Source of the DNA: an uncultured Dehalococcoidia bacterium
Lineage (GTDB): Bacteria > Chloroflexota > Dehalococcoidia > Lucifugimonadales > UBA1127
Assembly (NCBI GenBank): GCA_951812285.1
Contig: OX638292.1
Span: forward strand, 971,008-1,035,007
Reading direction: 5' to 3'
Length of the DNA: 64,000 nucleotides
Made by a program: the position numbers and the translations under genes. Shown here piece after piece: positions 43,432 through 53,908 of the stretch. The notes beneath the pieces were generated by a model. The model did not search any database. It had not been told where the DNA came from and saw only the letters and a program-made list of their open reading frames with translations. Every line of letters starts with the position of its first letter. The first letter of the stretch is position 1.

Positions 43432-44634
43432 TCAATTGCACTTGTAGGGCACAACGCACGTTACAGTCGTTCCCACTGACTCTTCGCCGCAGCTCACCTG
43501 CAGGTTGCCGCCCATGCGCTGGGCATAGACGCCCATGTTTCTCAGGCCGTGTCCGTTGCTTGCGACGTACTCGGGCAGGCCGCAGCCGTTGTCGGAGATG
43601 GCCAGGCGCATGTCGTCGGGACCGTAGTCGAGCTCGATGGTGACGGAGCTTGCGTGGGCGTGCCGGTATGCGTTGGTCATGGCGTTGTGGGCGATGGAGA
43701 AGAGCAGTCCACGCGTTGCAGCGGGCAGGGCGGGCTCCAAGCCGGACGCCATCAACTCCGTGTGAACCGAGGTAATCGTTGAGAACGTCGCGGCGTGGGA
43801 GCGCAAGACATCGCTGAGTTCCCGCCCCTCGAATATGAGGCCAATGTCGATGGGATGGCGGAGTTCCCACATGGCGGACTTCGAAAGAGCGTGTGTGGCC
43901 TCGAGCTGCGCGACCTGCTCGCGGTTGGTCGCGTCCGCTGCCGCAAGGGCGCTCTCGATGCCCAGGCCAATCATGTACGCCGATTGCGCGGCGGTGTCGT
44001 GGATTGTTTGCGACAGCTCGACTTGTTCTTGTTGCAGCTCCCACTCGTGGATGAGCGCCTCTGCCCGCCGTGCCCGCTCGAAGCCGACGACCAGCGCGAC
44101 TGCAAGCGCGACGCTATAGAACGTGGCTATCCTTGTTGCGAGCACCGAGAGGGACTCGCCAGTAGCTCCAGGACCAGAGAAGACACTCATCGTGGCGTAG
44201 CCAAGCGACACAAGGGTCACCCAACCGAGGTTAAATCGGACGGACGAAAAGACAGCTGCAAAGACGGCGAGGACGGGGTAGTACAGCGCGAAGAGCGGGC
44301 TATCGAGGTCACTGGTCATCGAAACGGCGATAGTGACGAGTGCAGCGTCCATCGCACCCAGGGAAAGGAACAGGAGCCGGGACGCATCTCGATGCGTGGC
44401 CACAAGTGAGTGCAGCCAGGCGTTGGCAAGCAGGGGAAGCATGCCGCAGGCAATGACGTACTGAAGATGTGTCTCGTCGAAGGCAGCGATGCGGAAGGCA
44501 GCATAGGAGAAAAGTATCGCCAGCACCGACCATCTGATCCAGACTGACACAATGGCACAGCGACCCAGTGCTGTTGTGTTATCACGGTGAAAGTCTGGTA
44601 GCCACTGAGTGGCAGTGGCCAAGAACGTACTCAT
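43432..44634 (-). CDS. Membrane histidine kinase (HisKA_3 type)
   Basis: N-terminal transmembrane segments, H-box SQTIHDTAAQSAYMI, and an ATPase region ...DNGCGLP...GHGLRNM.... Start at MSTFLATATQ (ATG 44634). Confidence 0.8.
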   Translation of the reverse strand: MSTFLATATQWLPDFHRDNTTALGRCAIVSVWIRWSVLAILFSYAAFRIAAFDETHLQYVIACGMLPLLANAWLHSLVATHRDASRLLFLSLGAMDAALVTIAVSMTSDLDSPLFALYYPVLAVFAAVFSSVRFNLGWVTLVSLGYATMSVFSGPGATGESLSVLATRIATFYSVALAVALVVGFERARRAEALIHEWELQQEQVELSQTIHDTAAQSAYMIGLGIESALAAADATNREQVAQLEATHALSKSAMWELRHPIDIGLIFEGRELSDVLRSHAATFSTITSVHTELMASGLEPALPAATRGLLFSIAHNAMTNAYRHAHASSVTIELDYGPDDMRLAISDNGCGLPEYVASNGHGLRNMGVYAQRMGGNLQVSCGEESVGTTVTCVVPYKCN

Positions 44635-45072
44635 TGTCCTATCGCGCCTCCACGACCCACCAAACTCGGCTTTACGGACCGAAAAACCATCAGAACACCA
44701 GAGCAGTCGTAACTCGCTGAAGGTAAATACGTGTCCTATCTTTGGTACTTTTTCAATCATCAATTCTGACCACACATCAAATGATACCACAGTGTCATAC
44801 CTGACGACTCAAGACTTACACACTGGCAGCCTGAAGGAAAGCGCTTTCGATGCTTACGGGAAATACCATGTCGCACTGGTAATCTCCGTCATTGGACTGG
44901 CCAAGGGTACTTGGTACTAAGTGGACAGCGGCACTGAACAGTCGGAATGCCAGTGATTAGCGTCTGTCAAATGCCAGTGAATCCTTGCTACTAGCAAACA
45001 TTAGTCGGATAATTGCGGTAGGTCTGTACATACTGGCATTTTTGACACATCCCTATGTGAAGTGTGCGAATT

Positions 45073-46464
45073 ATGGCGTCCTCATCCAACAATGTGCACA
45101 GGTCAAGGGCCGCGCAGGTTGGATTCATGATGCGCGCATACAGGGAAGCGTTCGTGTGGAACAACGGCCGTCGCGGGCTGACGCAGGAGGAACTGCTGGA
45201 GCGTATGGCGGCCGTCAGCAGCGAGTACAGTGAGCGGTTCAGTCACGCCACGGTTTCCCGTTGGGAGTCGGGCGCTACGCGGCCCACTGCAAGCCGGCTT
45301 GAGGTCTTTGGGAAGGCCATCGGTTTGTCGGCAGACGAGATTGACGGGCTGATGGCGCTCGCATCGCTCCGGCGTGCCAGCGAGAGTGCCCCTGTACAGA
45401 ACGGAGACTCTCGGCGTCTCGAAGCCGCAAAGAGCCCCGCGTCCAGCATCGATGAGAGCGCCGCCGGCGACAGGGTTGTTGGGATTGGCGAAAACACGCC
45501 AATGTTTCTTTCCGGCCTGGTCAACTATGTCGTAGTAAAGTATGTAGCTCTGGCAGCTCTCATCATTGGTTCCGGGTCCGGGCTGTCCCTCCTGGGTTGG
45601 GACCCTGACTGGATGCCCGCGGCATACGTGTTTCTTGTCACTGTGATAGTCATGGCGCAGGGTTTCCTGCCACCGTCGCGAGACAGCAACCTTAACGACT
45701 TCTACTTCGTTTCCATTTTCTTCTTGCTGACAACACCGCTCCTGCAGTTCGAGCGATTGGACATGGACCACTACGGCCTCTACAGGATTGGTGGCTTTGC
45801 CGGCACGCAGATGCCCTACATGCTGGCAATGCTCGTGAATCTCTCACTCGCCGCTACAGCCGGTGCGGCTGCCAAGTTGCTGTGGAAGTGGCAATACTCA
45901 GGTGATCCATCCGAGAGCAGCGCAATACGAAGGGCGGTTTGGGCGGTCGTGCCGCCTGTCGCTTTCGTGTACGTCGTCATCGTCGTCATCTCCAATGCAT
46001 CGATCTGGATTCAGCTGGGTGTGCTGCTCGCCTCGCTTGCGGCGATGTTCACCGTCATGCTTGCGTTGCTCGACCCCTCCATCAATCCCAGCGAGCGGGA
46101 CAGGCAGTTCCTGCTCTTTACCTCTTCGGCGATTGGCATTCCTTCCGCGCTACTCGGCATCACTACCGTCATGGCCATCTATATTTCGCCTGACTTGCCG
46201 ATGGTCCTGCCGGACCACAACCTGATTCGCTCGTGGGAGATAAACTTTGCTGAACTCGGCTTCACTCGCGCCGAGGCGCTGGACCGAATCAACCTCGGGT
46301 TCCTGTGGCACGCCGTTTGTGCGACCGCCTACATGTTCTTTGTCGTAGGCGGCAACATGATGGTAGCCATCTACCGCATGCCTGTCGCAACTTCATCGGA
46401 TAGCGGCGCCGCACCGGAAGCCGTCCCCAACCTACCGCGAGACGCGGTCGGCACTCGGCGCTAG
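45073..46464 (+). CDS. XRE-type HTH domain fused to a polytopic membrane domain
   Basis: GLTQEELLERMAAV...SHATVSRWESGATRP, followed by about 8 hydrophobic segments. Start provisional. Confidence 0.65.
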   Translation: MASSSNNVHRSRAAQVGFMMRAYREAFVWNNGRRGLTQEELLERMAAVSSEYSERFSHATVSRWESGATRPTASRLEVFGKAIGLSADEIDGLMALASLRRASESAPVQNGDSRRLEAAKSPASSIDESAAGDRVVGIGENTPMFLSGLVNYVVVKYVALAALIIGSGSGLSLLGWDPDWMPAAYVFLVTVIVMAQGFLPPSRDSNLNDFYFVSIFFLLTTPLLQFERLDMDHYGLYRIGGFAGTQMPYMLAMLVNLSLAATAGAAAKLLWKWQYSGDPSESSAIRRAVWAVVPPVAFVYVVIVVISNASIWIQLGVLLASLAAMFTVMLALLDPSINPSERDRQFLLFTSSAIGIPSALLGITTVMAIYISPDLPMVLPDHNLIRSWEINFAELGFTRAEALDRINLGFLWHAVCATAYMFFVVGGNMMVAIYRMPVATSSDSGAAPEAVPNLPRDAVGTRR

Positions 46465-46726
46465 CCTGTGCGACTGCGATCTGCCAATTAGCTGTGGTGA
46501 AAGCTCAATGATTTTCGATTTGCTCGGGCGTCGGGGCGTCGAAGTGACCGAGGGAACAGCGCTTGATGCCTCGGCTGCAGGTGAGAAGGCTGCGAGTTTC
46601 GGCGTGGACTGCATTGGCGGGGTTTGCCAGCCTCGGTGTCGATCAACATGGCGATGTGACTCTTCAATGGGTTTAGACGACCATCAGGAGACTGGTCAAC
46701 GCGGCTGCTACACAGCCACCCATGCA

Positions 46727-47530
46727 ATGAATAGAATGCAATGCATGGGTAGGAAAACTGCTTTGAGAAGGCACCTTCCCCTCCTGGCTGTTGCCTTCCT
46801 GATTTCCGGGCTGGCTGCTGCTCTCGCCGCGTGCGTTTCATCAGCGTCCACGCAGCCGCCCGCAGTCGCGCCCTCCAATGCCCAGACGATAGCCCAGGCG
46901 CCGGCAACCCCCGCGCCTCCATCGAGCGACAGCGCACCCGTCCCCATCCCCACTCCATCGGACGACGACGGGCTTGAGTTTGTGATGCCGGACTCGGTCA
47001 GTTCCGCCGGCAAGAGCGAAGGCTCGACTTCTGATGACCGTTCCCCCTCGCAGAAGAGCGGCACGTCGGAAGGCCCAGTGCAGGGTCAACCCTATACTTG
47101 GGAAGACGGTGACAGCACCCACACCGTCTATCTTCAGACCGACCTGGTTGTAGAGGCGGATTCCGACGGGTTGACACGCGACGTCGTCGAGGCCGCTGCC
47201 GGGGGCTCCAACGTCGTCAGGAGTGCGGAGGCACAATCGAAGGGCGGCACGCTGCCCGTGTTCCGCTCGGAGTCGGGCGAACTGATGACCCTGCCCGGCG
47301 GCGTTCTGTTGGTGCTCGACCCGGAGTGGAACGAGTCGCAGGTGAACTCCTTCTTCTCCGGCAACGGCATCAAGCTGGACCGGGTATCGGCGCTGAGCTA
47401 CGCCGCCAATGGGTTTTTCATCGAAACGGACCCAGGCTTCCCGTCGCTGGACCTTGCCAACGCGCTTGCGGGTCTGGAGGGCGTGGAGGTATCGAGCCCC
47501 AACTGGGGAAGGGAAGCTGTCCCGAAATGA
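46727..47530 (+). CDS. Secreted lipoprotein whose C-terminal part resembles a subtilase I9 propeptide
   Basis: Lipobox ISGLAAALAAC. The C-terminus, ...GIKLDRVSALSYAANGFFIETDPG...LANALAGLEGVEVSSPNW, resembles the end of S8 prodomains. Start provisional (ATGs at 46727, 46736 and 46745). Confidence 0.55.
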   Translation: MNRMQCMGRKTALRRHLPLLAVAFLISGLAAALAACVSSASTQPPAVAPSNAQTIAQAPATPAPPSSDSAPVPIPTPSDDDGLEFVMPDSVSSAGKSEGSTSDDRSPSQKSGTSEGPVQGQPYTWEDGDSTHTVYLQTDLVVEADSDGLTRDVVEAAAGGSNVVRSAEAQSKGGTLPVFRSESGELMTLPGGVLLVLDPEWNESQVNSFFSGNGIKLDRVSALSYAANGFFIETDPGFPSLDLANALAGLEGVEVSSPNWGREAVPK

Positions 47531-47608
47531 CCAATGACTTTCGGACGGACCAGGCCGTTTTGACACGCAGTTTGCGGAAGCGCTAACCCTTGATGGCACG
47601 CTGATCAC

Positions 47609-50600
47609 ATGAGCAGTTTGCTGCGACCGGCCAGAATCCTGCCAGTGACTGGGCTTGCCCTGGTATTTTTCATACTGGCCCTGGGCTATGCCATGGCGCA
47701 GACGACGCCTGCCGCTCCGACCATCGACTCAGTGAGGCCCGGCGATACGACGCTCAACGTTGCCTGGACGGCGCCCTCGGGCGAGACAGGCATCACTGCC
47801 TACGACGTCCGTCATATCGAGACCAGCGAGGACGAGACGGACGATACCAAGTGGGCAGTCGTGGACAACGCTTGGACCTCAGGCACGCTGGAGTACGCGA
47901 TCAGCGGCCTCGACAACGGCACGCAGTACGACGTGCAGGTGCGGGCCGTGAACTCGAACGGCGACGGGGCGTGGTCCAACACGACGACCGGGACGCCGGC
48001 GCTGCCAGCCCCTACGATCAGCGTGCGCGCCGACGACCGAGCCGTGTACGTCTCATGGAGCGCTCCGGCCGGTACCACCACCAACGTCAAGGCCTATGAT
48101 GTGCGCCACATCGAGACCAGCGCCGACGAGAGCGTCGACTCAAACTGGACAGTGGCGGAGGACGCGTGGGAGGACGGCGGCGGCGCCCTCGCCTACGCCA
48201 TCACCGGCTTGACCAACGGGACCGAGTATGACGTGCAGGTGCGCGGGGTCGACGAGGACGACATCGACGGCGCGTGGTCGGCCACGACGAGCGCGACGCC
48301 CGCCGACCACGGCGGCACCCGTGCCGACGCGACGAGCGTGACTGTGGGTTCGAGGGTGTGGGGAGTCATCGACCCTACGGACGATGCGGACTACTTCAGC
48401 TTTACAGTGACAGACACGGCGGACTATTGGGTCTACACCATGGGAGACCTGGACACTGTGGGTGAGTTGCAGGACAGCGACGGAACGTTGTTGGAGAGCG
48501 ACGACTATGGTGGATTGCTGCCCAACCCTGAAGGGTTCTTCCTGTGGGACAAACTGAACGCGGGCACCTATTACATCAAGGTCACCGGCTTCGGAGCAAC
48601 TGACGAACCGTATGTCCTCAGGGTGCGGGCGCTCACCGAAGGCGGTGGATGGCCTGCAGCGCCTACCGTACCCCTCAACGGCTCCGCCAGCGGCACAATT
48701 GACCCGGAAGAGGACGTCGACCACTTCAGAATACAGCTCTCCGAGACAACGGAGGTTGCCATTCGCGCCTCCGGGTTTCCGGACACTGTCGGTAAGCTCT
48801 ACACCAGCAATTCTCAACTGGTGGCATCCAACGACGACGGGTACCTGCCGGGCGGAAGCAAGAATTTCCTCATCAGGCGAAGTCTTGCGGCAGGGACCTA
48901 CTACTTGAATGTGAGCTCCTTCGCTGACAGGTCAGATGGGCCGTTCTCGGTGTACCTGAACGCAATCGTTGAGCCGGGCAGCACCGTTGCGGATGCCGAG
49001 GAGCTGACGCTTGGCGTTGTGGGTGGCGGGACCATATCCCCGGCCGGAGACGAGGACTACTTCAGCTTCACACTGGACGAGACAACTCACGTGATCGTCG
49101 GGGGCGTGAGCCGGGAGGCTGACATTAGCGCCTCGATGTACGATTCCAACAACCTGCAGGCGGCCCTCGATTCGGTTAGCTTCAATCGCAGATTCGTCTT
49201 CCAGGGCACGCTGGACGCAGGCACGTACTACCTGAAGGTGACGGGAAAGGACGCCACCAAGACGGGCCGTTACACGGTGAGGGCAATCCGAGAGGGGACC
49301 TACTCCTACTTTGAGGACCGTTGCTCCGACATCTCCAGGAGCTCAGGCATAGGCGATCCTTTCTACGGCTGCCAGTGGCACCTCAAGAACAACAACCAGT
49401 TTCGGAGCAGCGCCGGGCACGACATCAAGGTCGAGGAGGTGTGGCCTACCTACACCGGAAACGGCATCAACGTGGCGATCGTGGACGACGGCATGCACTT
49501 CAACCACGAGGACCTGAAGGACAACGTCGACACCTCACTGAACCACAACTATGACCCCAATCTGTCTGACATCTACCACTACTTCGAGTGGCACGGCACG
49601 GCGGTGGCTGGACTCGTCGCCGCGAAGGACAACACGGTCGGCGTGCGAGGCGTGGCACCCAACGCCACGATATACGGATACAACTATCTCGTGGAGTCGT
49701 CCGACGCCAATGAAGCCGACGCCATGTCCCGCAACGCGCCGGTCACGGCAGTTTCCAACAACAGTTGGGGGTCCCAAGACTACGGCAGGCCGCAATCCGC
49801 CACATCGGTTTGGGAGATGGCCGTGGAGGACGGCCTCGCCAACGGTTACGGCGGGAAGGGCGTCTTCTACGTCTTCAGCGGCGGAAATGGGGGTGAGGAC
49901 GACGATTACTCCAACCTGGACGAGCAGGACAGCCACTACGGTGTCACGGCCGTCTGCGCCGTCGGGCACGACGACAAGCGCAGCAGCTACTCGGAGATGG
50001 GTTCAAACCTGTGGATTTGTGGGCCCTCCAGCAGCGGGAGAACCGGCCAGCCGGGAATCACGACCACCGACAACGGCAATAGGTATTGGGGCAGGATGGG
50101 CGGCACCAGCGCTTCCTCGCCAATCGTTTCGGGAGTTGTAGCGCTTATTCGCGAGGCCAACACCGCGCTGACGTGGCGGGACGTCAGGCTCATCCTTGCG
50201 GCCTCCGCTCGCCAGAACGACGCGAGCAACACGGGCTGGGAGGAGGGCGCGCTCAAGTACGGCTCGAACACGGACCGCTACAACTTCAACCATGAATACG
50301 GCTTCGGCATGGTGGACGCCAAGGCGGCGACGGACCTGGCTGTAGGCTGGACCAACGCCCCGACGTTCCGGCAGGCGAAAGTGGAGTCGGGCACAATCAA
50401 CCTCTCACTTCCAGACGCCGCCGCAGTTGTGGGCCAGCCTGACGCTCCGCGGCAGGCGTCCACCACGCTGACCGTTGGATCCTTCGTGCAATTCGTCGAA
50501 TATGTCGAGGTCAACACGCATTTCAACCACACCAGCTTCCGTGACCTCAAGGTGGAGTTGGTCTCGCCGTCCGGGGCCGTCTCCGTCCTCTCGCCATGGG

Positions 50601-53125
50601 CTGACCTTGGCGAAAGGGTGAGACTTCGAACCGCCTTCCGCTTCGGCTCTGCCCGGCACCTGGGCGAGGATCCCACAGGCACGTGGACGCTGCGGATCAC
50701 GGACTACAATCGACAAACGGGCATCGCCCAATCGCTGAGGTCGTGGGGGCTCACCATCTACGGGCATGGCTACAAGCCTGCCGCGCCGGAGATCGATGAC
50801 ATTACTCCGGGTGGCGGCACCCTGACCGTCGAGTGGAAAGAGCCGACCGACACGGGGAGGTCGGCCATCTCCTCCTACGACCTGCGCTACATTCGCGATG
50901 ACGCGAGTGACAAGAGCGACTCGAACTGGAACGAAGAAACCAACGTCGGGTCCCTCAGCAACCGGAGCCACACCATCACCGGGCTCACGGGCGAGGAGGA
51001 GTACGAAATTCAGGTGCGCGCCCGCAACGCGGACGGTATCGGCTTCTGGTCGGAAAGCACGAAGGGCGAGCCCACCATTGTCGCACCGTCGGCGCCGTCG
51101 ATTACCAGCGTCACCCGTGGCGACAGGACGCTCGCGCTGGCCTGGACCGCTCCTGACAACGCGGGGGGCGGGAGAATCACCGCTTACGACGTGCGCTACA
51201 TCGAGACGAGCGCCGACGAGACGGTCGACACCAACTGGACCGTCCGGGACAACGCCTGGAGAAGCGGCGACTTTCGGTACGTCATCAGGAATCTCACCAA
51301 CGGCGACGAGTACGACGTGCAGGTCCGCGCCGTCAACTCCGCGGGCGACGGGGATTGGTCGGGTACGGAGACAGGTACACCCCTTCCTGACGACATTCCC
51401 ATAGCGATGCAGTTGGAGGACAGTACGATCGACGTCGATGAGGACGGGGGAAGCGCCGTCCTGACGGTCGTCTTCACCACGACGCTGAATGCACCGCCTG
51501 AAGCGGACTTCACCTTCGATGTGGAGTTGACCTTCTCAGATGTGTCCGCAACGATTGACGACGACTACACCGCCCCATCCTCCCTGTCCAACTTCGTCGC
51601 CAGCGACTTCGCCCTGACCGACGTCAACGGCCAGCAGCGCTACCAGGCCACCAGGGACTTCACCGTGCTCATCCTCGATGACACTGTGGACGAGTCGAAT
51701 GAGACTGTGCGCGTGACCGTCGACTACCTGACTGCGGGACTCTCGCACCTTCAGGGAGGCCCCAAGACGGCAACCATCACCATTCGGGACGACGAGCACG
51801 TGCCGGTGACCATCAGCTGGCAACAGGCTGACGTAACCGTCGACGAAGACGACGGCTCTGTGACCCTGCGTGCCCAGGCAGTGACCACAGTCGACAAGCG
51901 CCCCGAGGACGGATTTTCCTTCGATGCGCGCGTCCACTCCTCGAATGGCGATGCCTTCCAGCCCGCAGACTACTCTCCGGTCGATGAAACGCTGACCTTC
52001 AGCCGGAACGACTTCAGCCGGACAACCATCAGCGGCAACCGGGTGTACCGCGCCGTAAAGCAGGTCACAGTCAGCATTGTGGACGACACCGACGACGAGG
52101 TTGAGGAGGAATTCACGCTGACCTTCGAGTACTCCAATTCCAACCTGCTTCACCTGCAAGGCGGCCCGGCCGTCGCTACCGTGAGGATCACGGACGACGA
52201 ATTCGTGCCCATCAACATTAGCTGGGACCAGGCGGACGCATCGGTTGATGAGGACGCGGGTAGCGTCACCCTGTACGCGCAGGCCACCACGACGGAGGCC
52301 GTTGCGCCGCAGTCGGATGTCACCTTCACCGTGAGGGTATTCACCCGCTCAGGCACCGCGCAGCAGACGTCCGATTTCACCTCGCTGGACGCAACCGAGA
52401 CCATTCTCCACACCGATTTCAGCTCGACACTCGTTAACGGTGACCTCAGATACCGCGCGGAGAAACAGATCATCATTGACATCGAGGACGACATCTATGA
52501 CGAGGGGGACGAGGACTTCACGGTCGTACTTTCATTCGGCACTCCCAGACCCCCGTACCTGCAAGGCAACTCGGCGATTGCCACCGTCACCATCACCAAC
52601 GACGACGAGGGCGGCCCCCAGCCGCCTCGGCCGCCGCCTCCACCGAATACCGGAGGCGGTGGCGGCGGGTTCGGCCCCGCTCCCGTCGCACCCAAGTTCA
52701 GCGACGGCTTCCGCACCAAGCGAGCGGTCGCGGTGAACGCGAACTCGAGCGACCCGGTCGGAGACCCTGTGCAGGCGGTCCACGAGGACGACCTGGAGAT
52801 TGCGTACTCGCTGAGCGGGGCGGACGCTGCCCTCTTCACCGTCGACGGGGAGTCCGGGCAGATCCGGGTCAAAGAGGGCGTGGAGCTGGAGTTGGGGCGA
52901 ACGTATACGATGAACCTCACGGCCACGGACTCGGCCGGCTTCGGCGCCATCATCATCGTCGAGATTGAGGTCGCGGAGGCCGCGCACCACCGCTACGACG
53001 GCAACCGCAACGGCGTGATTGAGCGCAGCGAGGTCATTGCCGCAGTGCAAGACTATTTCGACGGAGATATCTCCAAGGATGACGTCATCGAGCTCATCAA
53101 GCTCTACTTTGCGGGGCCGAGCTGA
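47609..53125 (+). CDS. 1838-aa secreted mosaic: FN3 x2, PPC-like x4, kexin-like S8 peptidase plus P-domain, FN3 x2, Calx-beta-like x4, cadherin-like, dockerin/EF-hand-like tail
   Basis: Signal peptide. Catalytic triad contexts VAIVDDGMHFNHEDL, HGTAVAGLVAA and GGTSASSPIVSGVVALI. P-domain FRDLKVELVSPSG...PTGTWTLRITD. Calx-beta-like DDxxDE..E repeats. Gly/Pro linker PPPPPNTGGGGGGFG. C-terminal DGNRNGVIERSEV...DGDISKDDV. Confidence 0.85.
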   Translation: MSSLLRPARILPVTGLALVFFILALGYAMAQTTPAAPTIDSVRPGDTTLNVAWTAPSGETGITAYDVRHIETSEDETDDTKWAVVDNAWTSGTLEYAISGLDNGTQYDVQVRAVNSNGDGAWSNTTTGTPALPAPTISVRADDRAVYVSWSAPAGTTTNVKAYDVRHIETSADESVDSNWTVAEDAWEDGGGALAYAITGLTNGTEYDVQVRGVDEDDIDGAWSATTSATPADHGGTRADATSVTVGSRVWGVIDPTDDADYFSFTVTDTADYWVYTMGDLDTVGELQDSDGTLLESDDYGGLLPNPEGFFLWDKLNAGTYYIKVTGFGATDEPYVLRVRALTEGGGWPAAPTVPLNGSASGTIDPEEDVDHFRIQLSETTEVAIRASGFPDTVGKLYTSNSQLVASNDDGYLPGGSKNFLIRRSLAAGTYYLNVSSFADRSDGPFSVYLNAIVEPGSTVADAEELTLGVVGGGTISPAGDEDYFSFTLDETTHVIVGGVSREADISASMYDSNNLQAALDSVSFNRRFVFQGTLDAGTYYLKVTGKDATKTGRYTVRAIREGTYSYFEDRCSDISRSSGIGDPFYGCQWHLKNNNQFRSSAGHDIKVEEVWPTYTGNGINVAIVDDGMHFNHEDLKDNVDTSLNHNYDPNLSDIYHYFEWHGTAVAGLVAAKDNTVGVRGVAPNATIYGYNYLVESSDANEADAMSRNAPVTAVSNNSWGSQDYGRPQSATSVWEMAVEDGLANGYGGKGVFYVFSGGNGGEDDDYSNLDEQDSHYGVTAVCAVGHDDKRSSYSEMGSNLWICGPSSSGRTGQPGITTTDNGNRYWGRMGGTSASSPIVSGVVALIREANTALTWRDVRLILAASARQNDASNTGWEEGALKYGSNTDRYNFNHEYGFGMVDAKAATDLAVGWTNAPTFRQAKVESGTINLSLPDAAAVVGQPDAPRQASTTLTVGSFVQFVEYVEVNTHFNHTSFRDLKVELVSPSGAVSVLSPWADLGERVRLRTAFRFGSARHLGEDPTGTWTLRITDYNRQTGIAQSLRSWGLTIYGHGYKPAAPEIDDITPGGGTLTVEWKEPTDTGRSAISSYDLRYIRDDASDKSDSNWNEETNVGSLSNRSHTITGLTGEEEYEIQVRARNADGIGFWSESTKGEPTIVAPSAPSITSVTRGDRTLALAWTAPDNAGGGRITAYDVRYIETSADETVDTNWTVRDNAWRSGDFRYVIRNLTNGDEYDVQVRAVNSAGDGDWSGTETGTPLPDDIPIAMQLEDSTIDVDEDGGSAVLTVVFTTTLNAPPEADFTFDVELTFSDVSATIDDDYTAPSSLSNFVASDFALTDVNGQQRYQATRDFTVLILDDTVDESNETVRVTVDYLTAGLSHLQGGPKTATITIRDDEHVPVTISWQQADVTVDEDDGSVTLRAQAVTTVDKRPEDGFSFDARVHSSNGDAFQPADYSPVDETLTFSRNDFSRTTISGNRVYRAVKQVTVSIVDDTDDEVEEEFTLTFEYSNSNLLHLQGGPAVATVRITDDEFVPINISWDQADASVDEDAGSVTLYAQATTTEAVAPQSDVTFTVRVFTRSGTAQQTSDFTSLDATETILHTDFSSTLVNGDLRYRAEKQIIIDIEDDIYDEGDEDFTVVLSFGTPRPPYLQGNSAIATVTITNDDEGGPQPPRPPPPPNTGGGGGGFGPAPVAPKFSDGFRTKRAVAVNANSSDPVGDPVQAVHEDDLEIAYSLSGADAALFTVDGESGQIRVKEGVELELGRTYTMNLTATDSAGFGAIIIVEIEVAEAAHHRYDGNRNGVIERSEVIAAVQDYFDGDISKDDVIELIKLYFAGPS

Positions 53126-53226
53126 CGTAGACGGGCATGCGGGAAGTCGCAGGCCGAAGGCTCCAGAACCCCAACGACTGCGTCATCTGGTCGGGCGGAT
53201 ACAGCCTGACCGACGCTGGAGGAGCC

Positions 53227-53901
53227 TCAATTGCCTACGTCCAGGTCGTCCAAGAGGCCGTTTCGCACAGCCCAAATCACGAGTTCCTGTTTGGTCTTGA
53301 CTCCCAGCTTGTCCTGAATCCGGTAGAGAGTGTTCCGGACGGTCACAGGGCTCACACTCCGCGCGCTGGCGACCTGATTGTAGGGAACGCCGCTTGCGAA
53401 CAGCCTTAAGGTCTCCCGCTCAAGCACAGTCAGGTTGTCCGATGCCCGACGGGCGTCGAGCCTACTCTCGCCCCGAATCATCGCAAAGACTTCCCTTGTA
53501 GCCTCTTCGGGTATTAGCAATCGGCCTTCAGCCACATCCGAGACGGCCTCCACCAGTTTCTCGGGCGGCGAGTACTTCTGAAGATATCCCGTCGCACCGG
53601 CAGCGACGGCCTCTATTACCGCATCCATCTCCGTCGAGGCCGTCAACATCAACACGCGTACGTCGGGATGGATCTCCATGATCTCCCGGCAGGCATCGAT
53701 GCCGTTCTTGTGAGGCATGATTACGTCCATGACAATGACGTTAGGCTGCACTTCCCTTGCAAGCTTGACTGCTTCCTCTCCGTCTCCCGCCAGCCCCACT
53801 ATCTCGAAACGGCCTGACGCTCCAAGTGCATCGCGTAAGCCGTCCCTCATGATCGGGTGGTCGTCCACAACCATCACCCTTACTTTACCTTCCGGTGACA
53901 T
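53227..53901 (-). CDS. NarL/LuxR-family response regulator (paralog of 42746-43417)
   Basis: VRVMVVDDHPIMRDGL...VIVMDVIMPHKNG, plus LTVLERETLRLFASGVPYNQVA. Confidence 0.85.
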   Translation of the reverse strand: MSPEGKVRVMVVDDHPIMRDGLRDALGASGRFEIVGLAGDGEEAVKLAREVQPNVIVMDVIMPHKNGIDACREIMEIHPDVRVLMLTASTEMDAVIEAVAAGATGYLQKYSPPEKLVEAVSDVAEGRLLIPEEATREVFAMIRGESRLDARRASDNLTVLERETLRLFASGVPYNQVASARSVSPVTVRNTLYRIQDKLGVKTKQELVIWAVRNGLLDDLDVGN

Positions 53902-53908
53902 CTTTCCC

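Noticed and set aside
42746-44044. 432-aa version of the response regulator ORF
   Set aside because: The N-terminal 209 codons overlap the histidine kinase gene in another frame and are Arg-rich. The receiver domain begins at MTTVSRTRVMLVDD (ATG 43417).
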